Positions 1 to 9,226 of a stretch of 64,000 nucleotides of DNA are shown piece after piece; within the stretch, counting starts at the first letter, position 1; the number at the start of each line of letters is the position of its first letter. The stretch is from Candidatus Fermentibacteraceae bacterium (GTDB lineage Bacteria > Fermentibacterota > Fermentibacteria > Fermentibacterales > JCC-6), in the NCBI GenBank assembly GCA_041750285.1, contig JBGSZS010000011.1:86981-150980 (forward strand), written 5' to 3'. Position numbers and translations under genes: made by a program. The notes beneath the pieces are model-generated. The model saw only the letters and a list, made by a program, of their open reading frames with translations, was not told the DNA's origin and made no database searches.

Positions 1-499
1 GGTAGCCCGATACGAACATGTCTGCTTCGCGGCGCAGCTCCAGGGCTATGTTGTCGAACGCCATCACCTCGACCCGGCAGCCCCTGCCCTGCAGGGCGTG
101 AACCACCCTTACGAAGTCGCCGTCTCCGCTTGCAAGAAGGACCCTGTCAAGGCGTTCGGACTGCAGCAGGGCATCAACGCCCATCTCGAGGTCAACGTTG
201 GACTTGGCGTACCTGCTGCCCGAATCGTCGCTGTACCACTTGACCGTTTTCAGTATCACCTTGTAGCCGATGTCGCGAAGCGCGGTATGAAAGCGGTTCT
301 GCCCTTCCTTGTATTCCCTGTCCGTTCGTGCCCTTGCGTCGTCAAAACTAACATAGGCGTTGAGCCTCACCGGGTAGCCGCCACCCCTGCAGGCGAACTG
401 GCGCAGGACCTCGTAGCGCATCCCGAAACCGCCGTTCATGGTGAGATTGCTCACGTCGACATAAACACCAACCTTGTTTCCGTGACCCTGCGAAGACAT
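1..499 (-). CDS. NYN/LabA (DUF88) domain protein, running off the left edge of the window (absent from the ORF track)
   Basis: Manual translation from ATG at 499 (GGAGG RBS upstream): MSSQGHGNKVGVYVDVSNL...KSNVDLEMGVD...VLLASGDGDFVRVVHALQGRGCRVEV. These are the NYN motifs VDxxN, VD and SGDGDF. Confidence 0.9.
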   Translation of the reverse strand, partial: MSSQGHGNKVGVYVDVSNLTMNGGFGMRYEVLRQFACRGGGYPVRLNAYVSFDDARARTDREYKEGQNRFHTALRDIGYKVILKTVKWYSDDSGSRYAKSNVDLEMGVDALLQSERLDRVLLASGDGDFVRVVHALQGRGCRVEVMAFDNIALELRREADMFVSGY

Positions 500-536
500 T
501 ATTTCCTCCATGAGAGAACGCTGGAAAGGGTAATCA

Positions 537-1127
537 ATGAATACGATTATACCTTCGGAAGCTTTTACCGACCAACCCGTTCCCCTGATCCCGTGGCTCA
601 GGGGTCTGGGGGTGTCCACGAAGAACATCACGGAGGATGACTGCCGGAAGGCAGCCCTGCCCCCTGATCCCGCCGGATGTGAAAGGCTTCTCAAGGTCTC
701 GGCCCTTGTGGTGCATCATTCCGCCACAGAAAGCGGGGGAGCGGCAGCCTTTCGCGTTCTCCACCGCCTGGTGAAGGGTTGGAGGGATGTTGGCTACCAC
801 TTCGTCATAGGCAACGGCACACACTCGCCCGACGGATGTCTGGAGAGGGGAAGACCCGAGTACTGCAGGGGAGCCCACGCAAAGGGGGCAAACGAATTCT
901 CACTGGGTATCTGCCTTGTTGGCGACTTCATGACGGGCAGGCCAACCCCTGCGCAGATGGGCACACTTGGAACCGTGCTTCGTGAACTAATGGCCTCGCA
1001 AGGCCTGGAGAAGGGTTCCGTGCTGCTCCACAGACAGGTCAGGGGCAGCTCCACCGAATGCCCGGGCAAGAACCTCACCCTCGCCATGGTGCATGAAGCA
1101 ATTGACGGACAGAAAGATAGCACGTAA
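537..1127 (+). CDS. N-acetylmuramoyl-L-alanine amidase (Amidase_2, PGRP/T7-lysozyme-like)
   Basis: VVHHSAT, GWRDVGYHFVI, GAHAKGAN, SLGICLVGDF and H...STECPG zinc-amidase motifs. Confidence 0.9.
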   Translation: MNTIIPSEAFTDQPVPLIPWLRGLGVSTKNITEDDCRKAALPPDPAGCERLLKVSALVVHHSATESGGAAAFRVLHRLVKGWRDVGYHFVIGNGTHSPDGCLERGRPEYCRGAHAKGANEFSLGICLVGDFMTGRPTPAQMGTLGTVLRELMASQGLEKGSVLLHRQVRGSSTECPGKNLTLAMVHEAIDGQKDST

Positions 1128-1139
1128 CCTGCCCGGGTG

Positions 1140-1168
1140 TTGCACAAAATCCCCGTCTTTGCTATATA
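1140..1168 (+). promoter_or_regulatory. Putative sigma70 promoter for secG-tRNA-Leu
   Basis: TTGCAC-17 bp-TATATA with an extended -10 TG. Confidence 0.55.
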
Positions 1169-1194
1169 CCCGCGTCACCGGAAGGAACGAAAGA

Positions 1195-1419
1195 ATGACT
1201 TTTGTACTCACCATACTTCATGTTGTCGTGAGCATCCTGCTTGTCGGGGTGGTTCTGCTTCAGAAATCCAAGGGCGACGGCCTCTCCGGCGCGTTCGGGG
1301 GTGGCGGCGCACTCACGGCCAGCTTCGGAAACACCGGAGCCGTGAGTTTCCTCAGCAGGGCAACCACTGTGCTTGCGGTGCTTTTCATGATCTTTTCATT
1401 TCTGCTGGCCATCGTCTGA
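1195..1419 (+). CDS. secG: Preprotein translocase subunit SecG
   Basis: VLLQKSKGDGLSGAFGGGG...FLSRATTVLAVLF, two TM helices, followed by tRNA-Leu (conserved synteny). Confidence 0.95.
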   Translation: MTFVLTILHVVVSILLVGVVLLQKSKGDGLSGAFGGGGALTASFGNTGAVSFLSRATTVLAVLFMIFSFLLAIV

Positions 1420-1426
1420 TGAGTGT

Positions 1427-1514
1427 GCCGGGGTGGTGGAATTGGCAGACACGCTAGGCTAAGGACCTAGTGGGCGAATAGCCTGTGCGGGTTCAAGTCC
1501 CGCCCCCGGTACCA
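1427..1514 (+). tRNA. tRNA-Leu, anticodon AAG (1461-1463), long variable arm, encoded CCA
   Basis: GCCGGGG/CCCCGGT acceptor, anticodon stem CTAGG/CCTAG with loop CT-AAG-GA, T arm GCGGG-TTCAAGT-CCCGC, ends ACCA. Confidence 0.95.
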
Positions 1515-1515
1515 G

Positions 1516-1551
1516 ACAAGGAAAACCCCGCTCCGGCGGGGTTTTCCTTGT
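1516..1551 (+). terminator. Intrinsic terminator-like hairpin after tRNA-Leu
   Basis: Perfect 16-bp stem ACAAGGAAAACCCCGC-TCCG-GCGGGGTTTTCCTTGT. Confidence 0.75.
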
Positions 1552-1554
1552 GGC

Positions 1555-1591
1555 AAAAAAGGAGAGCCGGCTTTTTGGGCCGGCTCTCTCC
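1555..1591 (-). terminator. Intrinsic terminator of the convergent secreted-protein gene
   Basis: On the minus strand, GAGAGCCGGC...GCCGGCTCTC followed by a T6 tract. Confidence 0.75.
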
Positions 1592-1606
1592 ATGGGTCTT
1601 ACAAGG

Positions 1607-2272
1607 TTACCAGGAGGCCTTGATCTGGCCCCAGGTTGTCTCGGTGAGGGAGAAGGAGGGCTGGAGAACGATGTCGTCCCAGAAGATGGGGGTGCCGTTG
1701 TTACCGAAGATGTCGAGTGCGCCGAGGGTGAGGGTGGCGGACTCGCTCCAGAAGAACGTGTCGAACATGACATCGTTGTAGTAAACCCACTGGTTGTTGG
1801 CGTCGAGGTCGAAAACGACTTCCACGGGAACCCACTGGTCGTAGATGATGGTGGCGGTGCCCGTGCCCTCTTCAGTGGCTACCTGACCGGTGCTGTTGTT
1901 GAACTTGATGTCGGTGCACCATTCATTTGTTCCGCTGGGGATGTAGATGCTGAGAAGGATGAAGTACTGGGTGCCGGTGGAACCCGACGGAATGTAGCAG
2001 CTCGCGGACATGGACCAGACGCCGGCATTTACGCCGGTGAACTGCTGAACGATGTCGGTGGTCTGGATGGCGGAAAAGGAGTTGGGCGCGCTCTGGGCCT
2101 GGGCGGTGCTTACGAGGCCGTCGGCACCGGGGTTGCCGTCCCAGCCTTCCCATCCGCCCTGACCGATTATTCCGCCGCCGGCTGCATAGGAATCGAAGTT
2201 GTCGGACCAGTCAGCGAAGGCGGCGCCTGTCGCAAGAAGCATGCAGATCGATAACGTGTGGATGAGTTTCAT
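1607..2272 (-). CDS. Secreted beta-rich (LamG/ConA-like?) protein with a C-terminal TWGxIK motif
   Basis: GGAGG RBS; signal peptide MKLIHTLSICMLLATGAAFA; ends LTETTWGQIKASW. Confidence 0.8.
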   Translation of the reverse strand: MKLIHTLSICMLLATGAAFADWSDNFDSYAAGGGIIGQGGWEGWDGNPGADGLVSTAQAQSAPNSFSAIQTTDIVQQFTGVNAGVWSMSASCYIPSGSTGTQYFILLSIYIPSGTNEWCTDIKFNNSTGQVATEEGTGTATIIYDQWVPVEVVFDLDANNQWVYYNDVMFDTFFWSESATLTLGALDIFGNNGTPIFWDDIVLQPSFSLTETTWGQIKASW

Positions 2273-2368
2273 TCTTTCCCCTCCATTTCGGACAAAAACG
2301 GGGCATGATGACAAGCATTTTTCCCAAGCCCCCAACTGTTTGCTTTATTGCATAAAAGAACTGCGCTG

Positions 2369-5300
2369 TCAAGGAACCGTGCCGGCCCAGGATTCGGGGC
2401 GTGGAACGTCGAAACCGAGCCTTTCCAGCTCATCGAGCAATCTGCAGTAATCCTCGAGCATCTCCTTCCTTATGGAATGCTCATCCACATGGCGTCTGAG
2501 CTCTTCGCACACGAGCAGGGCCTCATCGGTGGCCCCGCTGTCCAGCAATACGAGACCAAGAACTCCATTGGCATAGGCCGTGTTCAGGACATCACCTGCA
2601 AGCTCGTTCACCTTCAGCGATTCCCTGGCGCTAGCGCAGGCGCCTTCGCGGTCGCCCGAAAGCCATTGGATCCTTGCCCTGTTGACCAGTGAAGTGGCAG
2701 TGGTGCGGTAATTCCTTGAGCTCCTGGCCAGCTCGAGCGAGTCGTTTGTGTACTCCATGGCGCCGCCGATGTCGCCGAGTTTGGTGGCCAGAAGTCCCAG
2801 ATTTCCGAGAACGGTGCACTCGTGCACCCTGTCGCCCGTCTTTCTTGCTGCGTCTAGCGCTTCGAGGAAAAGCTCACCCGCCCGGTCGAACTTCCCCTTC
2901 CTGGCGCATGCGATGGCAAGGCTGTTAAGGGAGTAGCCCAGTCCCTGAAGGTTGCCGTGCCTTGCGTGTGTCTGAACAGCCAGCTCTGCGTAGCTCTCCG
3001 ACAGCCGGTCATCTCCCTGCCTGAAGGCGTGGACCGCCATGTTGGAAAGCAGCGAGGCGGCTTCGGAGCCCAGACCATGTTTTTCAAGCGTTTCCGCAGC
3101 CTCGCGGTACAGGGCCATGGCGCTGTCTGAAAGACCAACGCTGCTGCGGTGGTTTGCGAGGGTCATCTTTGTCTTCGCGGCGATGATCTCATCCCCCGAA
3201 TCAACCGCCGCATTCAGCGCATCCTGGATGGTCCGCTCGAACTCGGCGTTCCTGCCGAGTTCCTGCAGGACCTTCGCTTTTGCGCGAAGAGAAGTCGCAA
3301 GCCAGAGGGGGCTCTTTCTGAGCCCTGCTTCAGCCAGCATCCTGTCCACTATCCCCAGTGCCTCTTCGTGGGCACCCCTCCGTTCAACCATCTCCTGGCG
3401 CACGAGAAGTGCCTGCATCGAAGCCTGCCACATCCCGTCGTCAATTGCGTCTCCCGTAAGCTCCAGTATCCTCTCCGAAAGACCGTTCGCCTCTTCGGGC
3501 CTGCCACCGTCCCTGGCGATCCTCATTGCCCTCAGGGCCCACTTCAGTGCGTTTTCGGTATCACATGCAGAGTCCCAGTGCGAAAAGATGACAGGGGAAA
3601 GGGCATCGGTCTCGGTTGGGTAAATCCTCTCCAAAGCCAGGGCCGCTGTCCGGTGGAGAACCCTGGCGTTCTGCTTGAGAAGGGTTTCGTACGCTGCCAT
3701 TCCAACAAGGGCATGACGGAATCCAAGCTCCATGGGACCCAGTTCGGAAAGGAAACCCTTTTCGACAAGCCCGGCCATGGTTTGTCCGAGACGTTCCGCA
3801 TTCAGGGACAGATCCTTGAGAACGGTCTCGAGAAGCTCGCGGGAGAACCTCTCACCCAGGACCGAGGCATACTGAAGAATCCTGCGCTCCTCTCCCGGCA
3901 AACGGTCCATCCTTGCCTGGGTGAGGACGCTGATGGAGGAGGGGATCCGAACCCTGTCACAGGGAACGGTCTGTTCCCATGTTCCGGGCTCGACCTCCCT
4001 CAGCCCTCCGGATTCTATGAGGCTCAGAACGAGCTCTTCCACGACGAACGGGTTTCCCCGTGCCACCCTGCGGATCAGCTCAGCGAGTTCGGGCTGCAAC
4101 TGCTTCCAGGGTGGAAGCGAGAGGATGTGGGACGCGATCCCGATCGTGTCATCGTCGGACAGGGGCGCGAGTTCGATCCTCTCCGGAGCGAAGAGCGGGA
4201 AACCGAGGTCGGGGACCGGCGGCCGGGAAGTCATGATGATCCCGGAGGGCAGAACCATCATTCCCTGGGACAGTACTCCCCTGAGAACGGAAAGGGAGAC
4301 CTCGTCCGCCCAATGAAGGTCCTCCAGGAGAAGAAGGGTGTCACCCATCGAGAAAACGGCCTCGAGAGCTGGTCTGATTGCGTTCATGACGGACTGGGAA
4401 TTCGCCGCCGCACCACCCTTCAGCCCCACGGCGTCAAGGCTCAGTATCTCTGCGATGCTTTCCGCAAGGTTGTCAAGCGCCGCTCTGGTTCGTGCCACCG
4501 GACACTTTGCGGAAAGGGTCCTGATCGCCGATGCATACCATTCCCTCGAACCGCCGCTGTTCTCGTCGGCATCGAAAAAATCCCTGAGAAGGCTTATCCA
4601 GAGCCAGCACGAAGGCTGGGCATGGGAAAGCGCCTTGCCGTGAAGCACACGGAATCCGGTACGATCACTCACGCAGTGGTGAGCCAGCCGGGACTTCCCG
4701 ATCCCGGCATCGGCGCAGATCAAAAAGACCGCTGGTTCAGAGCCCTCCTGCGAGGATTCATGAATGGCGTTCACTATCCGGTCCGTGATCTCCCTTCGGC
4801 CAACGAAAGGTGAACCGGTGAGCCTGGCGGCCCTCTGCCACCTCTCCATCCTGAGCCTGCCCGGCCCCAGCGGCCTGAAGGAGTCTATCTCGGAACCGGT
4901 ACCCCGGACCGTCATTGAACCGAGATCCCGCCAGGAGTAAAGGTCGCCACACTCTCTCCGCACTGCTCCGCTGACGAGCGTTGAGCCTGTCATGGCGGCT
5001 TCCTCGAGCCTCGAGGCTATGTTCACCGTAAGGCCCGTCGCGGTGATGTGGCCCGAAGGGTCGGGAGCCACGGTCAAGGGTCCGAAGTCGATCCCCACCC
5101 TTGCCGAGACGGCTGCGGCACCGCCCAGGGCCCCGCGTATGTCCTCGAGCAGCTCAAGCATTCGCAGAGCACAGCCGACAGCCCTTACGCTGTCGTTCTC
5201 GGTGGCGGCCACCGCGCCGAAGAGGGCCATCAGCCTGTCACCCTCGAACTTGTCAACATAGCCTCCGTACAGGGTGACCACCGTGGAGAGCAGGCCCATG

Positions 5301-5488
5301 ATCCTGCCAAGAAGCAGGTGAAGCTCCTCGTGATCCATTGATTCCGACAGAAGCGTGAAACCCGTGAGGTCAAGGAAAAGAACGGCCGCCCTCCGCCGTT
5401 CACCTTCGGTCAGTTTCGCCGTGCCGCCGCACGAAAGCGCTCCGGCTCCGGCGATCCTTTCCATGGCGTCATCAAGGACCATCGACAT
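2369..5488 (-). CDS. Class III adenylate/guanylate cyclase + STAND AAA ATPase + TPR protein
   Basis: FLDLTGFT, DKFEGD, VNIASRLE; Walker A DAGIGKS, Walker B LLLEDLHWAD, GNPF; C-terminal TPRs. Confidence 0.9.
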   Translation of the reverse strand: MSMVLDDAMERIAGAGALSCGGTAKLTEGERRRAAVLFLDLTGFTLLSESMDHEELHLLLGRIMGLLSTVVTLYGGYVDKFEGDRLMALFGAVAATENDSVRAVGCALRMLELLEDIRGALGGAAAVSARVGIDFGPLTVAPDPSGHITATGLTVNIASRLEEAAMTGSTLVSGAVRRECGDLYSWRDLGSMTVRGTGSEIDSFRPLGPGRLRMERWQRAARLTGSPFVGRREITDRIVNAIHESSQEGSEPAVFLICADAGIGKSRLAHHCVSDRTGFRVLHGKALSHAQPSCWLWISLLRDFFDADENSGGSREWYASAIRTLSAKCPVARTRAALDNLAESIAEILSLDAVGLKGGAAANSQSVMNAIRPALEAVFSMGDTLLLLEDLHWADEVSLSVLRGVLSQGMMVLPSGIIMTSRPPVPDLGFPLFAPERIELAPLSDDDTIGIASHILSLPPWKQLQPELAELIRRVARGNPFVVEELVLSLIESGGLREVEPGTWEQTVPCDRVRIPSSISVLTQARMDRLPGEERRILQYASVLGERFSRELLETVLKDLSLNAERLGQTMAGLVEKGFLSELGPMELGFRHALVGMAAYETLLKQNARVLHRTAALALERIYPTETDALSPVIFSHWDSACDTENALKWALRAMRIARDGGRPEEANGLSERILELTGDAIDDGMWQASMQALLVRQEMVERRGAHEEALGIVDRMLAEAGLRKSPLWLATSLRAKAKVLQELGRNAEFERTIQDALNAAVDSGDEIIAAKTKMTLANHRSSVGLSDSAMALYREAAETLEKHGLGSEAASLLSNMAVHAFRQGDDRLSESYAELAVQTHARHGNLQGLGYSLNSLAIACARKGKFDRAGELFLEALDAARKTGDRVHECTVLGNLGLLATKLGDIGGAMEYTNDSLELARSSRNYRTTATSLVNRARIQWLSGDREGACASARESLKVNELAGDVLNTAYANGVLGLVLLDSGATDEALLVCEELRRHVDEHSIRKEMLEDYCRLLDELERLGFDVPRPESWAGTVP

Positions 5489-5554
5489 GTTTTCAAGTGT
5501 CAGCCGCTTGTCCAGCTCACCCTCCGTTCGGGCTGCGTGCCATTATTGCCACAG

Positions 5555-7402
5555 TCAGTCCCTGGCGAGAACCACCACCCTGTCTCCCGGGCCAAGTGTT
5601 ACGGGGCGTGATTTGGGCGGGTTGATGAAGATCCCGCCGCCGGTCCTGTAACCAAGAGCTGTCTTGCCCCGTTTGATGGCTGAGGCGACGATCGTGTGGA
5701 AATTGGTCACGACCCCGCACTGCACGTAAACGTCAGCCGGCTTGAGGTATATCTCGGAACCGTCCGGATCGAACAACTCGCTGAATACGTCCTTCAGCCT
5801 CCGGTTCTCGGAGATCTGCGTCAGAAGAAGGCTTACGAGCTTGTCACTGACAATGAAGTCGTCGGTGTTCGAAACCTCGGCAAGCCTTCTGTTCCGTTCA
5901 TCCAGCATCTCCGTCACGATGGTGAAGGAGTGACCGCCCCTTTTCCGGATGTCGCGGAGATGGAGGAGGGTTATCAGAGTCCTGGCGTCTGCCTGCTGGG
6001 GCGGGAGGTGCTCGGAACAGCTCTGGATTATCACGTGATCGCAGGCATCCATGTCCAGGGAGTCGAGGAAAGCCCTGTCCGTTATGTCTCCGTGGTGAAG
6101 GCTGACATCGAGGTTCCTGAGACCTGTCGAATCCAATTCCCCATTTTCAGTGGCAAGTGTGAGCCTGGAGCCCGGGGCGGCGTAGCTGTCAAGTTCCTGG
6201 ACGATCATGGGCACCTTGCGGTTCCATCCGAGAAGCAGGATGCATTCCGGAATGGGGCGTTCTTCACGTGCAGCGGCGATGAGGGATTCGTTGACCCGCA
6301 CGGTCTGAATGCCGGAAACCCTTGTTGCATCGTCATCCGCTGCGATCACGACTATACCGTGATCCCGTCCGACAACAGTGTCCGCCGGAGGATTGAGAAG
6401 GATCGTTCCCTCCCTGTCGATGAGCCCTATCAGACATGAATCCTCGAAGGCGTGAACCGCCCTGGAGTAGGGTTCACCGGCCAGCAGCCTCTCCCGACTG
6501 AAATAGATCTCGTTCCCCTCGAAGCCGAGCAGTTCGCTGTAAACGCTCGAAAGGCCGGGCTGCCTGCAGGTCTGTGCGGTGATCCTTGCGATGATGTCTC
6601 CCGCCAGGATGAGCCGTGCCTCACTTCCTCCCACCATCTCCGCAACCCTCAGATTGTCGGGCGACCTGAGAATGCTCACTATGTGGTAGGGTTCGGTCTT
6701 TCTTGCGGGATTGTTCACGAGCGCCAGCATGGTCTTGATGACGGAGGAGTCAGGGGCATCGTCATCGGGCGGGAGGATGATGACCGATGAAGCGTCCCTG
6801 TGGTTGACTATCTCGAGGTCTATCGTCTCGATGGGGCAGCCCGTGCGGCATACCACCTTCGTGGAGCCCCTTCGGGGAATCCTGACCCTCAGTTCATCCT
6901 CCATCTCAACCTTGTCACGCTCGGCCAGAATGGCGATGCATGCCTTCCTGCGGGATGCGTTTGCCTCAACGAGTTCGGAGACCACGGTGAAAACCTGGGA
7001 ACTCCATCCCAGAACGACCGTATGCCCTCGTTCGGCAACGAAAGAGCGTCCCTTTCTCATGGCATCGAGCCTGTTCTCGATACCAGTCGTGATGATTCCG
7101 ATAAGCGTTCCCATGACGAAAAGTCCGCCAACTGTTACTGTGAGCATCGCGAGCAGGAAGAAAAGTGAACCCTGGTCTCCGGCCATGTTCCCGGGGTCTA
7201 TCGCCCTCATCAGGCTTGCCCAGGCGATGCCGAAAAAATCCCTTTCCAGCGGATCTGTGCCTGACGCAGCAACCATGGAAGCGACAACCAGGACAAGAAG
7301 GGCGGTGACGATGAACAGCATCGCTATCATCGAACCGGCTCCCCTTGCGGTCATGCCGTCGAACCAGTAGCGGAACCTTCTGCCGAAGCCCATGCCTCCC
7401 AT
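5555..7402 (-). CDS. CASTOR/POLLUX (DMI1)-like cation channel with RCK domains
   Basis: RFRYWFD N-terminus, pore motif IDPGNMAGD, GHTVVLGWS, QPGLSSVYSELLGFEGNEIY, ELFDPDGSEIYLKP; start codon uncertain (7402-7456). Confidence 0.85.
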   Translation of the reverse strand: MGGMGFGRRFRYWFDGMTARGAGSMIAMLFIVTALLVLVVASMVAASGTDPLERDFFGIAWASLMRAIDPGNMAGDQGSLFFLLAMLTVTVGGLFVMGTLIGIITTGIENRLDAMRKGRSFVAERGHTVVLGWSSQVFTVVSELVEANASRRKACIAILAERDKVEMEDELRVRIPRRGSTKVVCRTGCPIETIDLEIVNHRDASSVIILPPDDDAPDSSVIKTMLALVNNPARKTEPYHIVSILRSPDNLRVAEMVGGSEARLILAGDIIARITAQTCRQPGLSSVYSELLGFEGNEIYFSRERLLAGEPYSRAVHAFEDSCLIGLIDREGTILLNPPADTVVGRDHGIVVIAADDDATRVSGIQTVRVNESLIAAAREERPIPECILLLGWNRKVPMIVQELDSYAAPGSRLTLATENGELDSTGLRNLDVSLHHGDITDRAFLDSLDMDACDHVIIQSCSEHLPPQQADARTLITLLHLRDIRKRGGHSFTIVTEMLDERNRRLAEVSNTDDFIVSDKLVSLLLTQISENRRLKDVFSELFDPDGSEIYLKPADVYVQCGVVTNFHTIVASAIKRGKTALGYRTGGGIFINPPKSRPVTLGPGDRVVVLARD

Positions 7403-7496
7403 TGGAACCCCCTGTTCGTCAGTGTGCGTCATCCGGGTGGGGTGCGTGAGTGCCAAGGTGAGAATATATGCCAGAAACGGCAGCGGTTCACCCGGG

Positions 7497-7545
7497 TTGA
7501 CAGGACAGTGTCCGGTGCGATATTGCCGACTGACCGTTCGGTCAG
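7497..7545 (+). promoter_or_regulatory. Promoter and probable TetR operator
   Basis: TTGACA at 7497, TGcGATATT -10 box; perfect inverted repeat CTGACCG-TT-CGGTCAG (7530-7545) just before the tetR RBS. Confidence 0.65.
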
Positions 7546-7560
7546 CTTGGAGGCACGTTC

Positions 7561-8175
7561 ATGGATCCATCATCGAGTTCGAAGGACAGAATACTGGATG
7601 CGGCAGGTCAGGTGTTCCGCGAGAAGGGCTTTGCAGGGGCTTCCATGCAGCTTATTGCCCGGAAGGCCGGTGTTTCCAAGAGCCTGCTGTACCATCATTT
7701 CGAATCCAAGCAGGAGCTCTGGCGCGCCATGGTCGACCAGTGCTTCCAGCGCTCCGGGATACTTGAGCGTTTCTACAGCATAGTCGCAAGCGGAGACATG
7801 AGGAGCCTTGCGGATTTCGCCGAGGGTGAGGAAGGGCTTTTCCACTTTCTTGGACGCAATCCCGGTGTTGTCCGCATGATGAACTGGCTCGACCTCGAGG
7901 GAGGGTTTGGAAAGGGCTTTCCGGATCCCTGTGCAAGGGATGCGGTTCTTGCAAGGATTCGCGAAATGGTCGACCGCGGAGTGATACGGGCCGACATCGA
8001 CCCGGTGGTGCTGCCCATAGTCTACATGTCCATCTGCGTGAACTGGTTCAGCGCCCGCTGGAAGTACCTGGACTGGTTTGCCGGGGAAAGGGACGAGGAA
8101 AGCATAGACCGCCGGTTCATCAGGGGTGCCATAGACATTCTTCTGAGGGGGATGACACCTGATGGGAAGGATTGA
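7561..8175 (+). CDS. TetR/AcrR family transcriptional regulator
   Basis: RILDAAGQVFREKGFAGASMQLIARKAGVSKSLLYHHFESKQEL HTH. Confidence 0.95.
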   Translation: MDPSSSSKDRILDAAGQVFREKGFAGASMQLIARKAGVSKSLLYHHFESKQELWRAMVDQCFQRSGILERFYSIVASGDMRSLADFAEGEEGLFHFLGRNPGVVRMMNWLDLEGGFGKGFPDPCARDAVLARIREMVDRGVIRADIDPVVLPIVYMSICVNWFSARWKYLDWFAGERDEESIDRRFIRGAIDILLRGMTPDGKD

Positions 8176-9226
8176 ACTCCTTGCCGGATCTCTGATGCTC
8201 GTTTCGGCTGTGTCCTGCGGAACACCCGGAGCCGGGCAATCAAGGGTGGTCTCGGTCACCGTCGAAGAGGCCCGCGCAGGGGGCTTCACGCGAAACGTCA
8301 TGGCGCCTGCATTTCTTGAGTCAGCCGATGAAGCCCTTGTGGAGGTGTCCGTTCCGGGAAGGATCACCGCGGTCCACGTTGCCGAGGGGGATACCGTTGT
8401 TGCGGGAGAGATCCTTGTTTCAACCACGACAGACGGTGCAGGCGCTTCGGGAGTATCCGCCTCACTCGCAGCGGTTTCCGCATGCGAGGCCCTCGATGAC
8501 TACCACCGTGGCAACCTCGAAAGGGTTGCCTCGCTGCTCGAAACGGGTGCCGCGAGTCCCGGGGACTACGAGAAAGCTCTTGCCGGGGCCCGGACTGCCG
8601 CCTCATCCCTGAGCTCGGCAAGGGCCGCCCATGCCGGCGCACTGGACGGTCTTTCCAGGGGAACGGTCGCAGCCCCTTTTACAGGGATCGTCACCCGTGT
8701 GCTGGCGAGGGTTGGTAATCCCGCGGCAGGGCCGATGGTGGCGCTGTCCGGCATTGGAGCCCTTCAGTGCAGGGTTTTCCTTTCACAGAACTCGCTTCCC
8801 TGGATCGAACCGGGTCTTCCCGCCTTCTTCGTCACCAGCCATCATCCGGGGCTCCTCTTCATGGGAACTGTATCGGCCGCCGCTTCTTCGGTCGACCCCG
8901 CAAGCGGACTCGTCCCCGTAACCGTTCAGATCCCCGATTCCACCGGGCTCCTTCTTTCCGGCATGTCGGGCATGGTGACGATAGCCCTCGAGACCCTTCC
9001 CGGGGGAGTCGTTCTTCCAAGGAATGCCTTCATCACCGATCCAGACGGCCTCGACCGGGTATTCCTGATCAGGCGCGGAAGGGCGGTGGCAGTCGGGCCG
9101 GTCACCGGTCCGGAGAGCGGGTTCGATCGTCTGGTGCTTTCGGGGGTTCTTCCGGGTGACAGCGTCGTGCTCATGGGCAACAGACTGCTGACGGAGGGAG
9201 ACAGCGTGAGGGTGGTTGCGCAGTGA
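8162..9226 (+). CDS. RND efflux periplasmic adaptor (MFP), lipoprotein
   Basis: Lipobox AVSC; GRITAVHVAEGDTV, APFTGIVT, VDPASG. Confidence 0.9.
   Translation: MGRIELLAGSLMLVSAVSCGTPGAGQSRVVSVTVEEARAGGFTRNVMAPAFLESADEALVEVSVPGRITAVHVAEGDTVVAGEILVSTTTDGAGASGVSASLAAVSACEALDDYHRGNLERVASLLETGAASPGDYEKALAGARTAASSLSSARAAHAGALDGLSRGTVAAPFTGIVTRVLARVGNPAAGPMVALSGIGALQCRVFLSQNSLPWIEPGLPAFFVTSHHPGLLFMGTVSAAASSVDPASGLVPVTVQIPDSTGLLLSGMSGMVTIALETLPGGVVLPRNAFITDPDGLDRVFLIRRGRAVAVGPVTGPESGFDRLVLSGVLPGDSVVLMGNRLLTEGDSVRVVAQ

Noticed and set aside
98..640. 180-aa plus-strand ORF
   Set aside because: Antisense shadow of the real minus-strand NYN gene (1-499).
537..1127. Amidase as a prophage endolysin
   Set aside because: No holin, structural or integrase genes nearby; flanked by housekeeping genes.
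3149..4813. Long antisense ORFs (554 aa here; also 40832..42349, 55281..56777, 23791..25110)
   Set aside because: They lie opposite well-supported genes, have no motifs, and are expected in GC-rich DNA.
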